64,000 bases of DNA from Vulcanimicrobiota bacterium (GCA_963805945.1 CAWDVP010000006.1:467345-531344), one strand, 5' to 3'; numbered from the stretch's first letter, positions 42,311-52,474 are shown. A program made the numbers and translations. Notes: generated by a model from the sequence alone, not told the origin.

Positions 42311-43780
42311 CTACTGGCTCATCTGCTTGATGTAGGCTCGCGCCTTGTCCGCCGCTTCGCCGTTGGGGACGATCGCGAGGAAATTCTTATACGCGGCTAC
42401 GGCGTTCTTCTTCGCGCCGAGCTGGCGCTCGGTCTCGCCCAGGATGTACCACAGCGTCGGGTCGGGATGCTTGGGGTCCTGATGCGTCGCCAATGCCTCG
42501 AAGACGTCGCGCGCCGAAACGTAATCCTTGAGGTTGTAGTATGCCAGGCCAAGGTTGAAAAGCGGCACGTAGGCGTGCGTGATCTCAAACGCTTTGCGGT
42601 ATTCGTCGCGCGCCATCAGCCATTTGCCCTGCATGGCGTAGCCCTGGCCGATCGACAGCAGGGCGTCTGGGTTGCTCGGATCTTTGGCCAGGACCTTATT
42701 GAAGAGATCGATCGCCTTGGCCGGATCTTTTGCCTCGAGCTCCATCTTGCCGTATTCGAACGTCGTCCGCAGGTCGTCCGGGGCGAGCGCGATGGCGGCA
42801 TCATACTCCTGCGCGGCCTGGGCGTAGCGCTTCTCTGAGCGGTCGTACTCGGCTTGCAGGATCCACGGCTCGGTCGCCTTCGGATGGTCCTTGATCGCCA
42901 GCGCGAACTGCGTGCGCGCGGCATCGATCATCTTCTTGCTGAGGTAGAGCTCGGCGATGTCGTCTTCCGGCTCGACGTTCGTCGGCTGCAGCACCACGAT
43001 CTGCTGCAGCAGCGCCACCGCGCCGCCGATATCGCCCTTGACCGAGAGCGCCTCGGCTTTGGCGCGCAGCGCGTCGGGATTCTTGGGGTCCGCCTTGAGC
43101 AATATGTCGAACTGCGCGATCGCCAGGTCCGGATTTGGATTCTTGTCGCCGAGATACGAGCGGCCGAGCAGCATGCGCGTGCGCGGATCGTTCGGATCGA
43201 TGGAAAGCGCCTTGTTGAGATTCGCGCGGCCCTGCTCGAACTGGCTTTTGTCGAGCTCGACCGTGGCGAGCCCCAGGTAGCCGAATGCGTCCTGCGGGTG
43301 CAGCGCGATTGAGCGATTGGCTATCTTCAGCGCGTCGTCGAGCCGGTTCACGCCGAGATATGCGTCGATCAGGGTGGTGAGCACGGCCGGGTTGCCGGGG
43401 TCGATGATCTCCGCCTTCTCGAGGGCGATCACGGCGTCTGCGTCATCGCCTAGTTCGCGGTCTGCGACCCCGATGAAGAACCAGACCTGCGCGTCGTTGA
43501 CGCCGAGCCGCGCCGCGTTCTCCAGTTGATCGCGGCCTTCGCGCGGCTTGCCGTTTTGGATGAGCAGCACGCCCAGCTCTTCGATCGAGACGGTGTCGTT
43601 GGGGTTGTCTTTGACGGTCTGTTCGAGCGTCGCGATGCGCTCGAGCGGGTTCTCGGTCGGCGATGCAGACGGCGTAGGACTTGCCGGTGCGGGTTTTCCC
43701 TTCCCCAGCGCGGCCGGCGTCTGCGCGAACGCGACGACCAGGCAGGCGAGAATTCCGAGGGCGATCAGAAAACGAGGCAA
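42311..43780 (-). CDS. Exported tetratricopeptide-repeat protein
   Basis: Signal peptide, about a dozen TPR-like repeats ending in DP/NP. Confidence 0.88.
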   Translation of the reverse strand: MPRFLIALGILACLVVAFAQTPAALGKGKPAPASPTPSASPTENPLERIATLEQTVKDNPNDTVSIEELGVLLIQNGKPREGRDQLENAARLGVNDAQVWFFIGVADRELGDDADAVIALEKAEIIDPGNPAVLTTLIDAYLGVNRLDDALKIANRSIALHPQDAFGYLGLATVELDKSQFEQGRANLNKALSIDPNDPRTRMLLGRSYLGDKNPNPDLAIAQFDILLKADPKNPDALRAKAEALSVKGDIGGAVALLQQIVVLQPTNVEPEDDIAELYLSKKMIDAARTQFALAIKDHPKATEPWILQAEYDRSEKRYAQAAQEYDAAIALAPDDLRTTFEYGKMELEAKDPAKAIDLFNKVLAKDPSNPDALLSIGQGYAMQGKWLMARDEYRKAFEITHAYVPLFNLGLAYYNLKDYVSARDVFEALATHQDPKHPDPTLWYILGETERQLGAKKNAVAAYKNFLAIVPNGEAADKARAYIKQMSQ

Positions 43781-43804
43781 TGAGTGCTCCTAACGGTGAG
43801 GCCG

Positions 43805-44785
43805 CTACGCGTTCGCGCGGCGTTCCTTGACGAGTCTGGTGAGTTCGGGGACGATCTGGAAGATATCGCCGACGACGCCGAGGTCTGAGAACTCGAAGAT
43901 CGGCGCGTTGGGGTCCTTGTTGATCGCGACGATCGTGCCGGCGGACCGCATGCCGACCTTGTGCTGGATCGCGCCGGAGATGCCGCACGCGATGTAGAGC
44001 TGCGGCGCGACGGTCTTGCCGGTCTGGCCGACTTGATGCGAGTGCGAGATCCAGCCTGCATCGACCGCGGCGCGCGAGGCGCCGACCGCGCCGCCGAGCG
44101 CATCGGCGAGCGCCTCGATGATGTCGAAGTGCTCCGGTCCGCCCAGACCCCGGCCGCCCGAGACGACGATATTGGCCTCCTCGACGGACAACTTGCCCGC
44201 CTCTTGCGCGATGTTCTCTTCTATTTTCGCGGCGTACGTCTTGCCGGCGGGGCTCGCGAGCTGCTCGATCGCCCCCTTGCCCGGCTCGTGCTTCGCTGCG
44301 AAACTGTTCGCGCGGCAGGTGATGATGCCATACGAGGGGTTCTTGAAGCCGATCGTGCTGATGACCGAACCGCCGAACTTGGGCGACTGCACGTGGATGA
44401 CGCCGTCGTTGACCGCGATATCGGTCGCGTCGGTGATCACGCCGGCGCCGAGGCGCACGCCGAGGCGTGCGGCCACGTCTCTGCCGAGGTTGGTGTTGGG
44501 GAACAGCGCGAGCGATGGGCCAAGCGTGGTGAGGAGCGCTTCGACGGCGTCGACGGCGGGGTCGCCGAGGAAGCCGTCAAGCGCGTTGTCCTCACCGACG
44601 TGGATCGCGTCGATCGGCGTCGTCTTGAGCTGCTCGGCGGCCTTGCCGGCGCCTTTGCCGAGCACGACGGCCGCGCTCGGCACGCCGAGGCTCTTGCCCA
44701 GGTCGGCGCCGCGGGTGCACAGCTCGAGGCCGATGCGGCGGATCGCGCCGTCGTTGTTCTCGACGAAGACGAGCACGGATTTCAC
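43805..44785 (-). CDS. etfA: Electron transfer flavoprotein alpha subunit
   Basis: VSGGRGLG, GASRAAVDAGW, QVGQTGK, GISGAIQH, AINKDP.APIF. Confidence 0.95.
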   Translation of the reverse strand: MKSVLVFVENNDGAIRRIGLELCTRGADLGKSLGVPSAAVVLGKGAGKAAEQLKTTPIDAIHVGEDNALDGFLGDPAVDAVEALLTTLGPSLALFPNTNLGRDVAARLGVRLGAGVITDATDIAVNDGVIHVQSPKFGGSVISTIGFKNPSYGIITCRANSFAAKHEPGKGAIEQLASPAGKTYAAKIEENIAQEAGKLSVEEANIVVSGGRGLGGPEHFDIIEALADALGGAVGASRAAVDAGWISHSHQVGQTGKTVAPQLYIACGISGAIQHKVGMRSAGTIVAINKDPNAPIFEFSDLGVVGDIFQIVPELTRLVKERRANA

Positions 44786-44787
44786 GA

Positions 44788-45579
44788 TCAGATGACCTTC
44801 TTGGCGATGAGGAAATCGAGGATCTGCTTCGCGCCTTCTTTAGGATCGGTCGCGGTGATCACGGTGCCCTTCTGTCGCGCGCCCACCGGCGCGAAACTCT
44901 CGACCTGCGTCTTGCTGCCGGCGTCGCCGAGTTTAGCAGCCTCGGCCCCGATATCGGCGAGCGACGGCGTCTTGATCTCCTTTTTCTTGGCCCCCATGAT
45001 GCCTTTGAGCGTCGGGTAGCGCGGTTCGTTGATCGCTTTCGTCACGGAGACGAGCGCGGGCAGCGGCGCGCGCACGCGTAGATAGCCGCTCTCCGTCTCG
45101 CGCTGCGCTTCCAGCATGCCGTCCGTCACGGTGAGCTTCTTCACGTAGGTGAGGCACGGCACGCCGAGACGTTCGGCGAGCGCGGAGGGCACGACGCTGC
45201 AGATCGCGTCGGTGCTCTGCGTGCCGGACAACACGAGGTCGAAGCCGATGAGCTTGATGGTCTGCGCGAGCGCGTAGGCGGTCGCCATCGTGTCGCTGCC
45301 GCCGATCGCGTCATCGGAGAGCAGCACGGCGCTATCGGCGCCCATGCCGAGCGCCTTGCGCACGACATCGGTGCCGCTGGCGGGCGCCATCGTCACGATG
45401 GTGACCGTGGTGTCGCCTCCGACCGCTTCCTTTATCTTGAGCGCTTCTTCGATGGCATATTCGTCGAACGGATTGAGCACGTTCTCGATGGAGCTGCGGT
45501 TGAGGCGCTTGGTGGCCGGATCGAACGTCTTCTCGGCGTTCGTGTCGGGCACTTGTTTGACGGTGACGACGATCTTCAA
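44788..45579 (-). CDS. etfB: Electron transfer flavoprotein beta subunit
   Basis: TTG start with GGAG RBS; KIVVTVKQVPD, NPFDEYAIEEAL, ALGMGAD, NEPRYP. Confidence 0.95.
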   Translation of the reverse strand: MKIVVTVKQVPDTNAEKTFDPATKRLNRSSIENVLNPFDEYAIEEALKIKEAVGGDTTVTIVTMAPASGTDVVRKALGMGADSAVLLSDDAIGGSDTMATAYALAQTIKLIGFDLVLSGTQSTDAICSVVPSALAERLGVPCLTYVKKLTVTDGMLEAQRETESGYLRVRAPLPALVSVTKAINEPRYPTLKGIMGAKKKEIKTPSLADIGAEAAKLGDAGSKTQVESFAPVGARQKGTVITATDPKEGAKQILDFLIAKKVI

Positions 45580-45600
45580 ATGCGGGCGCTCCAGAACGAA

Positions 45601-45618
45601 GGCGACCTCGAGGTCGCC
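45601..45618. other. Perfect 18-bp palindrome in the etfB leader
   Basis: GGCGACCTCGAGGTCGCC; operator or degenerate REP core. Confidence 0.5.
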
Positions 45619-45715
45619 GATATGGAAAAGCGCGGAAAGCCTTGTGTTCTGTGCGCGGGCGTCCCGAAACCTGCCCCGGGCGGGGCTCTGACGCCGCGCG
45701 CAGAACGCGCGCAGC

Positions 45716-46360
45716 ATGATAACGCACACGCTGCAAAAACCCGAGGAGACCGTCGTGGGGCTGGCGTGGGATGGCAGGCGGCTGTGGGCCGGCGATTGGG
45801 AGACGCGCTCGCTCATGCGCTTGACCGCCGAGGGTGCGATCGAAGAGCGCTTCGATGCGCCGGGGCGGGTCGTCGGCATGACCTACAGCGACGGCGTCAT
45901 CTACGCGGTGACGAGCGGGGAGAACGACGATCGTTCTATCCATCGTTTCGTGCCTGCGCGCGGCGCGTGGGATGACTGGCGTCTGCGCTGTCCGGATGAT
46001 ACCGGCTCGCAACTATCGTGGGACGTGACGCACTTATGGCTCAGCCAGCGCTACGACAAGCGCGCGCTGCGTTTGGCCACCGATGGCACGGTGGAGCAGA
46101 CGATCGATCTGCCGGTGCAGGTGACCGGCATCCATTGGGATGGACCGACGTTGTGGGCGAATCTCCGCTTCGACAAAGGCACGTCGGACATCACGCGCCT
46201 CTCCGCTGGCGGCCAGGTGCTCGAGAAAGCGGAGCATCACGAGCAGAGCTTCGCCTCGCTCGCGTTCGACGGCAGCGGTTTTTGGATGAGCGATCTGCGG
46301 GGGCCGACGATCGTGCGCTCGGACGCCTTTAGCCGTGCAGCTGGTCTAAGAACGCTTTGA
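45716..46360 (+). CDS. Beta-propeller protein (glutaminyl-cyclase-like repeats)
   Basis: Five repeats GLAWDGRRLW / GMTYSDG / LSWDVTHLW / GIHWDGPTLW / LAFDGSGFW. Confidence 0.65.
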   Translation: MITHTLQKPEETVVGLAWDGRRLWAGDWETRSLMRLTAEGAIEERFDAPGRVVGMTYSDGVIYAVTSGENDDRSIHRFVPARGAWDDWRLRCPDDTGSQLSWDVTHLWLSQRYDKRALRLATDGTVEQTIDLPVQVTGIHWDGPTLWANLRFDKGTSDITRLSAGGQVLEKAEHHEQSFASLAFDGSGFWMSDLRGPTIVRSDAFSRAAGLRTL

Positions 46361-47285
46361 TCGCGGCGTCGAGCGCATCCGGCTGGTCGAGCATGATGAA
46401 ATCCTTCGAATTGAGGATCGTCTGCACGCTGAGCTGCTTCGTCCCCGCGTACTGCCCGGCGAAGTAGCCGCGTATCGTGTCGGTGAGCTGAGCCGGCGTG
46501 AGGGCGCGCAGCGCGTCGCTCATGTACGGCGCCTGCGGCGACACCGGCACCACGACGAGCACCGGCACCGCGATCTTGCTCAGCCCCGGACGTAGATCTT
46601 CATTAGACATCTCGCCGGTCGCGCCGGCGAGCGTCGTGCGGTCGCTGCGCAGCGAGTGCTGGGTGACGTTGTCCACCTGCGCGTTGTCCGTCACCATGCC
46701 GGACACCATAGTGCGGGTCTGCGCCTCGTAGATGAAGTCCGGCGCCGTGGCGATGCCGTCTACGAGCATGTTGATGTTGTCCGCGCGCTGTTGCGGCGTT
46801 TGCCCTGCCTGCAACGGCGGGAAGTACGGCGTCGCGTCTACGATGATCGCGCCGCCGAACAGGTCCGAGCGCTCTTCGACGAGACGCAGCGCGAGATGGC
46901 CGCCCAGGCTATGGCCGACCAGGATGGGCCTGGTGAGCTTCGCTTGCGCGACGAGCTCCTGGATCGCAGCATCGGCCTGCGGGATGTAGGGCGGCGGCAT
47001 GGCCGGCATGCCGTCGAAGCCGGCGAGCGTCGCGACGTACACCGAGTGGTTTTGGGAGAATGCTGCCACCGCGTTCGACCACGTCCAGCCGCCCATGGAG
47101 AGGCCCGGCACGAAGATGAGCGCCGGATCGCCTTGTCCGTAGTGGTCGAAATGCAGATTGCCTATGATCAGACGTTCCGAAGGCACGGGCATCGGCATGG
47201 TGAGCAGCGCGCTCGCAGGTGCGCTCGCGAGGGCGATGAGTAGGAGCACGGCCGCTATGGCGGCCCCGATTCGCGTTCGCATCAT
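46329..47285 (-). CDS. Secreted alpha/beta hydrolase
   Basis: Signal peptide, FVPGL, LAGFDG, GHSLGG. Confidence 0.85.
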   Translation of the reverse strand: MMRTRIGAAIAAVLLLIALASAPASALLTMPMPVPSERLIIGNLHFDHYGQGDPALIFVPGLSMGGWTWSNAVAAFSQNHSVYVATLAGFDGMPAMPPPYIPQADAAIQELVAQAKLTRPILVGHSLGGHLALRLVEERSDLFGGAIIVDATPYFPPLQAGQTPQQRADNINMLVDGIATAPDFIYEAQTRTMVSGMVTDNAQVDNVTQHSLRSDRTTLAGATGEMSNEDLRPGLSKIAVPVLVVVPVSPQAPYMSDALRALTPAQLTDTIRGYFAGQYAGTKQLSVQTILNSKDFIMLDQPDALDAAIKAFLDQLHG

Positions 47286-47369
47286 CGATGTGTGAGCTTG
47301 GTTTGCTTTTGGGCGGCGCCGTGCCTGTCGAACAGGGCTGCCCGGTCGCGTCGTGCAAGCGTGGCGGCG

Positions 47370-48500
47370 ATGAAAATCACGGTCGTCGGCGCGGGCATCA
47401 ACGGGCTTTCCTCAGCGTGGGCGCTCGCCCGCGAGGGACACGAGGTCACGGTCTTCGAGCAAGGCCCGGTGCCCAACCCGCTCGGCTCGTCGGTGGACCA
47501 GAACCGGCTCATCCGCTATGCGTACGGCGCGAATGCCGGCTACACGCGCATGGTGAGCGAGGCATACAAAGCGTGGGAACGTTTATGGGCGGATCTCGGC
47601 GAGACGCTCTACGTGCGCACCGGCACGCTTGCGATCGGGCGCGACGAAGCGAGTTGGGCCGAAGCGTCCGCGGCGACGCTCGAAGCGGTCGGCATCGCGA
47701 AGCGGCGGCTCACGCCCGCGGACGTCGAGCGGATCTTCCCGATGTTGCGCGCCGACGGCATCCGCTCAGCCGTATATCTCGAGAGCGGCGGCGTGCTCTT
47801 CGCGGACCGGATCGTCGGCGCGCTGGCGCGATATCTTCCGGCGCACGGCACGCGTATCGCGAGCGAAACGCCGGTGCGTTCCGTCGACGTCGAGCGTGCA
47901 GCCGTCACGCTTGAGGACGGCACGACGGTGCCCGCAGACCGGCTCGTCGTTGCGGCAGGCCCGTGGGTGAGCCGCCTGCTGCCGGCGATGGCCTCCCGCG
48001 TGACGCCGTCGCGCCAAGTGGTCGCATACGTCACGCCGCCTGACGAATATCTCGAGCATTGGCGGCACGGTCCGGCGCTCATGGACATCGACGGCGAGAC
48101 CGGGTACTACCTCGTGCCGCCGGTCGGCGGCACCGACATGAAGATCGGCGATCATCGCTTCAGCCTGCGCGGCGAGCCGGACCGCGACCGCGAGCCGTCT
48201 GAGAGCGAAGCCGTTGAGGTGTTCGGCCGCGCGCGCCGTGCGCTGCGCGACTTCGAGCGTTACCGCATCAAGTCGACCAAGACGTGCTTCTACACGGTCG
48301 AGCCCGGCGAGCGCTTCTTGGTCGAGCAGCTCGGCCGCGCGTGGCTGGTGAGCGCCTGCTCGGGCCACGGCTTCAAGTTCGGCGCGCTGACGGGTTCGAC
48401 CGTCGCCGACGGCGTCGCGGGGCGGCGCGCACCAGACCACATCGCCGCGTGGTCCGCGGGCGGCGATCAAAATGGGGCGAGCGCGCATGTCGGCAAGTGA
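47370..48500 (+). CDS. FAD-dependent oxidoreductase, monomeric sarcosine oxidase/SolA family
   Basis: VVGAGINGL, GSS...RLIRYAY, AAGPW, CFYT, CSGHGFKF. Confidence 0.88.
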   Translation: MKITVVGAGINGLSSAWALAREGHEVTVFEQGPVPNPLGSSVDQNRLIRYAYGANAGYTRMVSEAYKAWERLWADLGETLYVRTGTLAIGRDEASWAEASAATLEAVGIAKRRLTPADVERIFPMLRADGIRSAVYLESGGVLFADRIVGALARYLPAHGTRIASETPVRSVDVERAAVTLEDGTTVPADRLVVAAGPWVSRLLPAMASRVTPSRQVVAYVTPPDEYLEHWRHGPALMDIDGETGYYLVPPVGGTDMKIGDHRFSLRGEPDRDREPSESEAVEVFGRARRALRDFERYRIKSTKTCFYTVEPGERFLVEQLGRAWLVSACSGHGFKFGALTGSTVADGVAGRRAPDHIAAWSAGGDQNGASAHVGK

Positions 48501-49590
48501 GCTGATCGAGCTCATCGCAGGCGTTCTCGTCATCGCGCTCATCGCATATGACGTCTTCAGTTCGGCGATCGTGCCGCGCCAGGTCGGGCCGAAGTTCCGT
48601 CTGAGCGGCCATCTCGTCCGTTTCAGTTGGCAACTGTGGCGCGGCATCGGTTTTCGTATGTCTGACGAGGACCGCCGCGAGGACTGGCTGGCGGCGTTCG
48701 CCCCCAATATGTTGATGGTGCTCCTGATCTTCTGGCTGATCTCGTACCTGGCCGGGTACGGGCTCGCGTTGTACGGGTTGCGTGAGCAGATCCACCCGGT
48801 GCCGGTCAACTACGGCGACGCGTTCTATTTCGCGGGCACGTCCTTCTTGACGATCGGCTACGGCGATATCGTCGCGATCGACTTGCCTGCTCGTCTGGTG
48901 ACGCTTGCCGCCGCTGCGACAGGGCTGTCGCTCTTCGCGGTGCTGATCTCGCTCATCTTCTCGCTCTTCGGGTCATTTCAGCGGCGCGAAACGTTCGTCG
49001 TCATGATGGGTTCGCGCGCGGGCAGTCCCGCCTCGGGTGTTTCGATGCTTGAAACGGCGTTCGCCGACGATCTGCTTGGTGATCTCGCGACGAGCATCCG
49101 CGAGGGAGAGCACTGGGCGGCAAGCGTGCTCGATTCCCATCTCGCGTATCCCATCTTGGCGTATTTCCGCTCCAGTCATGACGATGAGTCGTGGCTCGGA
49201 ACGCTCGGCGCGATGCTCGATGCGTCAACGCTGCTCATCACCTGCACGGACAGCCCGCTGGTCGGGCGAGCGAGGTTGATGCATCGCGTGGGCGTCCATC
49301 TCGTGCGCGACCTGAGCCGCTACTTCGGGGTGGTCCGCGCCGCGGAGTTAGAGGGCGTCGGCATAGAGCGGGCCGAGTTCGATCAAGCGTGCGCGCAGTT
49401 GTCCGCCGCCGGCTTGCCGATGCACTGCGACGAAGATTCGTGGCAGAAGTTCTCCGACTTCCGCAAGCAGTACGCCGGCCCGCTCAACGACATGGCGCGC
49501 TACTGGGCGATCCCGCCGGCTCGCTGGATCGGCGACCGCTCCGAGCTGCCGCCGCGCAAGCTGCAAGCCGCGAGCCATTCTCAGGTATAA
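48487..49590 (+). CDS. Potassium channel family protein
   Basis: FYFAGTSFLTIGYGD selectivity filter; SHLAYPIL.YFRS. Confidence 0.88.
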   Translation: MSASELIELIAGVLVIALIAYDVFSSAIVPRQVGPKFRLSGHLVRFSWQLWRGIGFRMSDEDRREDWLAAFAPNMLMVLLIFWLISYLAGYGLALYGLREQIHPVPVNYGDAFYFAGTSFLTIGYGDIVAIDLPARLVTLAAAATGLSLFAVLISLIFSLFGSFQRRETFVVMMGSRAGSPASGVSMLETAFADDLLGDLATSIREGEHWAASVLDSHLAYPILAYFRSSHDDESWLGTLGAMLDASTLLITCTDSPLVGRARLMHRVGVHLVRDLSRYFGVVRAAELEGVGIERAEFDQACAQLSAAGLPMHCDEDSWQKFSDFRKQYAGPLNDMARYWAIPPARWIGDRSELPPRKLQAASHSQV

Positions 49591-49678
49591 CCCAGAGATT
49601 TCCGGCAAGACGCTTCGGCGAGGACGCTGAAGGCTGACCCGGGCACACGCTTTCACGGCTCGAGGAGATCACCCACTC

Positions 49679-50281
49679 ATGCGCCTTCGCTCACTGACCC
49701 CGCTCGCGCTCGGGGCCGCGTTCTTGTTCACCGCTGCTGTGTGCGCCACCGCGGCACGGGCGGACGTCACCTACAACATCGATCCCGGCCACTCGCTGGC
49801 GGAATTCACTGCGCTGCATTTCGAGATCACGAAGGTCCGTGGCTCGATCCTCGTCACGCAAGGCACCGTCGTCGTGCCTCAAGGCAGCTACGTCCCGACC
49901 GCGGTCAGCGCGACGCTGAACGCGCAGAGCTTGGATTCCCGCAACGCCGACCGCGACAGCGACCTGCGCGGCCCGAGCTGGCTCGACGTCACGAAGTATC
50001 CGACCATCACGTTCAAGAGCACGCAGATCACACCCGGTGACAAAGATACCTTCAAGGTCCTCGGCGATCTGACGATCCATGGTGTGACCAAACCGGTGAC
50101 GCTGGATGCGCACTTCGATGGCACGGTCGCCGGGCGGCACCAGCACGCGTCGTATTCCGCGTCGACCACCATCGATCGGCGCGATTTCGGACTGACCTGG
50201 GCGGAAAAGACGCCGGGCGGCACGTTCGTGGTCGGTAACGAGGTCGACATCTCGATCACGCTCGATGCGATCGGCCCCTAG
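49679..50281 (+). CDS. YceI family exported protein
   Basis: IDPGHS, RDSDL, YPTITF, GDLTIHGVTKPV, IDRRDFG. Confidence 0.92.
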   Translation: MRLRSLTPLALGAAFLFTAAVCATAARADVTYNIDPGHSLAEFTALHFEITKVRGSILVTQGTVVVPQGSYVPTAVSATLNAQSLDSRNADRDSDLRGPSWLDVTKYPTITFKSTQITPGDKDTFKVLGDLTIHGVTKPVTLDAHFDGTVAGRHQHASYSASTTIDRRDFGLTWAEKTPGGTFVVGNEVDISITLDAIGP

Positions 50282-50318
50282 AGGACAAGTCGCTCGCAGG
50301 CCCGCACAATAAATGATT

Positions 50319-50402
50319 GGGCGCGTGGCGTAACTGGCAGCCGCTGCGGACTTAAAATCCGCTGGCCGAAAGGCCGTGTGGGTTCAACTCCCGCCGCGCC
50401 CA
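50319..50402 (+). tRNA. tRNA-Leu (TAA), CCA not encoded
   Basis: GGGCGCG acceptor stem, GCGGA-CTTAAAA-TCCGC anticodon arm, long variable arm GGCCGAAAGGCC, GGTTCAA T-loop. Confidence 0.93.
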
Positions 50403-50421
50403 AGAATTCCCACGGCCAGCG

Positions 50422-50700
50422 TTATACCTCTTCCCAATGTTCGGGCTTGACCTTGAACTCAAGGCGCGCTTGCTCTATTGCGCCCTCGAGGGCGTCGTGA
50501 TATGTGTCGGTTTGGACCGTGCCGTCCGAATCACAGTAGAATAGATAGTAGCCCTGGGCGTCATCGTACTTTGCGATGCGCAGCTCCGCGGGCTTTGGAA
50601 GCAAGCTACCGCTAGCGAGATTATGAACCGTGTGGCCGGTTTGCCTATGCTCTGAGCGAAGGATAATGCGGCGCAACACTCGCGCCCCGTCGCTCCTCAT
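50422..50700 (-). CDS. Small hypothetical protein, AT-richer than its neighbours
   Basis: GGAG RBS just after the SPFH stop; GYYLFYCD..TDTYH..A..QA..EF..W pattern. Confidence 0.6.
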   Translation of the reverse strand: MRSDGARVLRRIILRSEHRQTGHTVHNLASGSLLPKPAELRIAKYDDAQGYYLFYCDSDGTVQTDTYHDALEGAIEQARLEFKVKPEHWEEV

Positions 50701-50708
50701 CGCTCCGG

Positions 50709-51614
50709 TTACCTGCTCCCCTCGCTCTGGGTCAGATTGCCGAGATTGATGAGCGGAATGGCGCCGGATGTGACGGTCGGCAGGTGACCATCCCATTTCT
50801 GAATTGCATCGTACTGCACGGTGAGCGGCGAGATCGCCTGGCGCCGCAGCGTGTTGGCGGTGGCATCGCCGCGCGCCGTGGCGATCGCGGTCTGTGCGTC
50901 GACCTGCGCCTGCTTGAGCTGGTTCTGCGCCTTGAGGTAGTTCTGGAAGGCGACCACCTTCGCCTCAATGGCGTTGGAGAAGTCGGCGCTGAACTGGAAG
51001 TTCGTGATGCTCATCGCCGCGATATGCATGTCGAAATCGCCGAGCCGCGTCGCTAGCGTCTTCTCCAGCAGGTTGCGCGCTTCGGGGCGCTTGGTGATGA
51101 GCTCTTCCGCGGTGAAGTGCGCGGTCGCGGCTTTGGTGGCTTCCTGGATGGCCGGCGCGATGACGCGGTCTTGGTAGTCCTGATTGAGCCGGTTGTAGAT
51201 GTCCACCACTTTGTCGGTATCCACCGAATAGTTGAGCGTGACTTTGGTCTCCACGTTTTGGAGGTCTGCCGATGCGGCGGCGGCGTCGGTCGAGTAGGAC
51301 TGGACCTGCACGTTCATCGGCACCACGGTGGTGATGAACGGCGCGACGGTGTACAGACCAGGCTGTTTCACCTCACCGGTCGTACCGCCGAAACGCAAGA
51401 CGACGCCCCGAAAGCCCGCCGGTATCTCGCCGAAACTCGACGCGATCCCCGCGCACACCAAGAAGATGAAGATGCCCTCGGCGAACGACAGGTACGGCAA
51501 CGGCGGTACCGGTTTGGCATCCTGCGCCGCGAACCACGCTCTGAGCGCGCGCGAGATGATGGCGAAGGCCAGCCCGATGCCGAGCACCCACAGTGCGAGT
51601 TGGATGATGAACAT
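50709..51614 (-). CDS. Prohibitin/SPFH (band 7) family membrane protein
   Basis: GVVLRFG, SADLQNV, AEELITKR, FSNAIEAK, KWDGHLP. Confidence 0.92.
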   Translation of the reverse strand: MFIIQLALWVLGIGLAFAIISRALRAWFAAQDAKPVPPLPYLSFAEGIFIFLVCAGIASSFGEIPAGFRGVVLRFGGTTGEVKQPGLYTVAPFITTVVPMNVQVQSYSTDAAAASADLQNVETKVTLNYSVDTDKVVDIYNRLNQDYQDRVIAPAIQEATKAATAHFTAEELITKRPEARNLLEKTLATRLGDFDMHIAAMSITNFQFSADFSNAIEAKVVAFQNYLKAQNQLKQAQVDAQTAIATARGDATANTLRRQAISPLTVQYDAIQKWDGHLPTVTSGAIPLINLGNLTQSEGSR

Positions 51615-51647
51615 ATAGCGCTCCTTATAGAGTCGGAGTGCGTTTGG

Positions 51648-52091
51648 TCAGCGCTTCTTGCGCGGCGGTTTCTTGGGAGAATCGCGGTATTGGCGACGCG
51701 CGCGCTGCTCGAACGGCAAGAGCCGGTCTGCGCGCGGGGGCTTGCTTTCCGTCGCGCTTTGCGCGATGGCGCCCTTGGGATCCCAGTCCTCGGTCTGGCG
51801 AAGATACTCGATGATCTTCTCGTCGAGCGGGGTCGAGGCGGAGACGGACCCTGGCGGCGCCTCGGCCGGTCGAATAGATTCGACCGCTCCATCGATCAAC
51901 GAAAGGCGGGGGCGGCCGTCCACCTCGGACACCGAGAACTCGAACTGCGGGCGGCGTTTGCTCTGCAGCGCGCGCCGGATCGGCCCATGGCCTTCATCTT
52001 TTTGGGAGAGGTTCGCGAGCTTGCCGTTCTCCAGCCGCACGATGCAGCCGTAGCGGCCGCAGTGCAGCACGGTTCCCTTCACCTGCTGCAT
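51648..52091 (-). CDS. Degenerate S1-domain protein (YabR-like)
   Basis: GTV...YGCIVRL..G, DGRPRLSL, C-terminal helix LDEKIIEYLRQTED; lies directly after the divIC-like gene as in Bacillus. Confidence 0.6.
   Translation of the reverse strand: MQQVKGTVLHCGRYGCIVRLENGKLANLSQKDEGHGPIRRALQSKRRPQFEFSVSEVDGRPRLSLIDGAVESIRPAEAPPGSVSASTPLDEKIIEYLRQTEDWDPKGAIAQSATESKPPRADRLLPFEQRARRQYRDSPKKPPRKKR
51867..51892 (-). repeat. 26-nt REP-like palindrome (family 1) embedded in the YabR-like CDS
   Basis: ATGGAGCGGTCGAATCTATTCGACCG, identical to the intergenic copy at 38180-38205. Confidence 0.85.
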
Positions 52092-52104
52092 GCGAAGGGC
52101 CGCG

Positions 52105-52401
52105 TCATCTGGGTGCGGGCGTCGCGACCTGGATGAAGACTTCGTTCGGCTTGGTGAGCCCGAGCTGCTCGTGGATCAGCGGCACGAGGTGTTCTGGATC
52201 GCGTGACAGCACGATATCGAGCCGCAGCTTCGCCGATCTCGCTTCGAGCTGCCGGTTCTGCTCCTCGACCGACTCGATCTGCTTGTGCAGCTGGTAGTTC
52301 TGGTAGCCGACGCGCCACGCTTGCATGGAGAACGAGGCGGCGATGAGGAGCACCGCCATGAAGGCGATGGAGCGGCCGGCCGCCGACATGATGCGGAGCA
52401 T
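52105..52401 (-). CDS. Septum formation initiator (FtsB/DivIC family)
   Basis: TM segment, coiled coil, DPE....HEQLGLTKPNE; start uncertain. Confidence 0.75.
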   Translation of the reverse strand: MLRIMSAAGRSIAFMAVLLIAASFSMQAWRVGYQNYQLHKQIESVEEQNRQLEARSAKLRLDIVLSRDPEHLVPLIHEQLGLTKPNEVFIQVATPAPR

Positions 52402-52474
52402 CGAGCGCTGGCGCTGCTTTCGCGCGCCCCCGCTGAGCGGCGGGCTCGCGAGCCGTTGGATGCGATAGCCGAGG

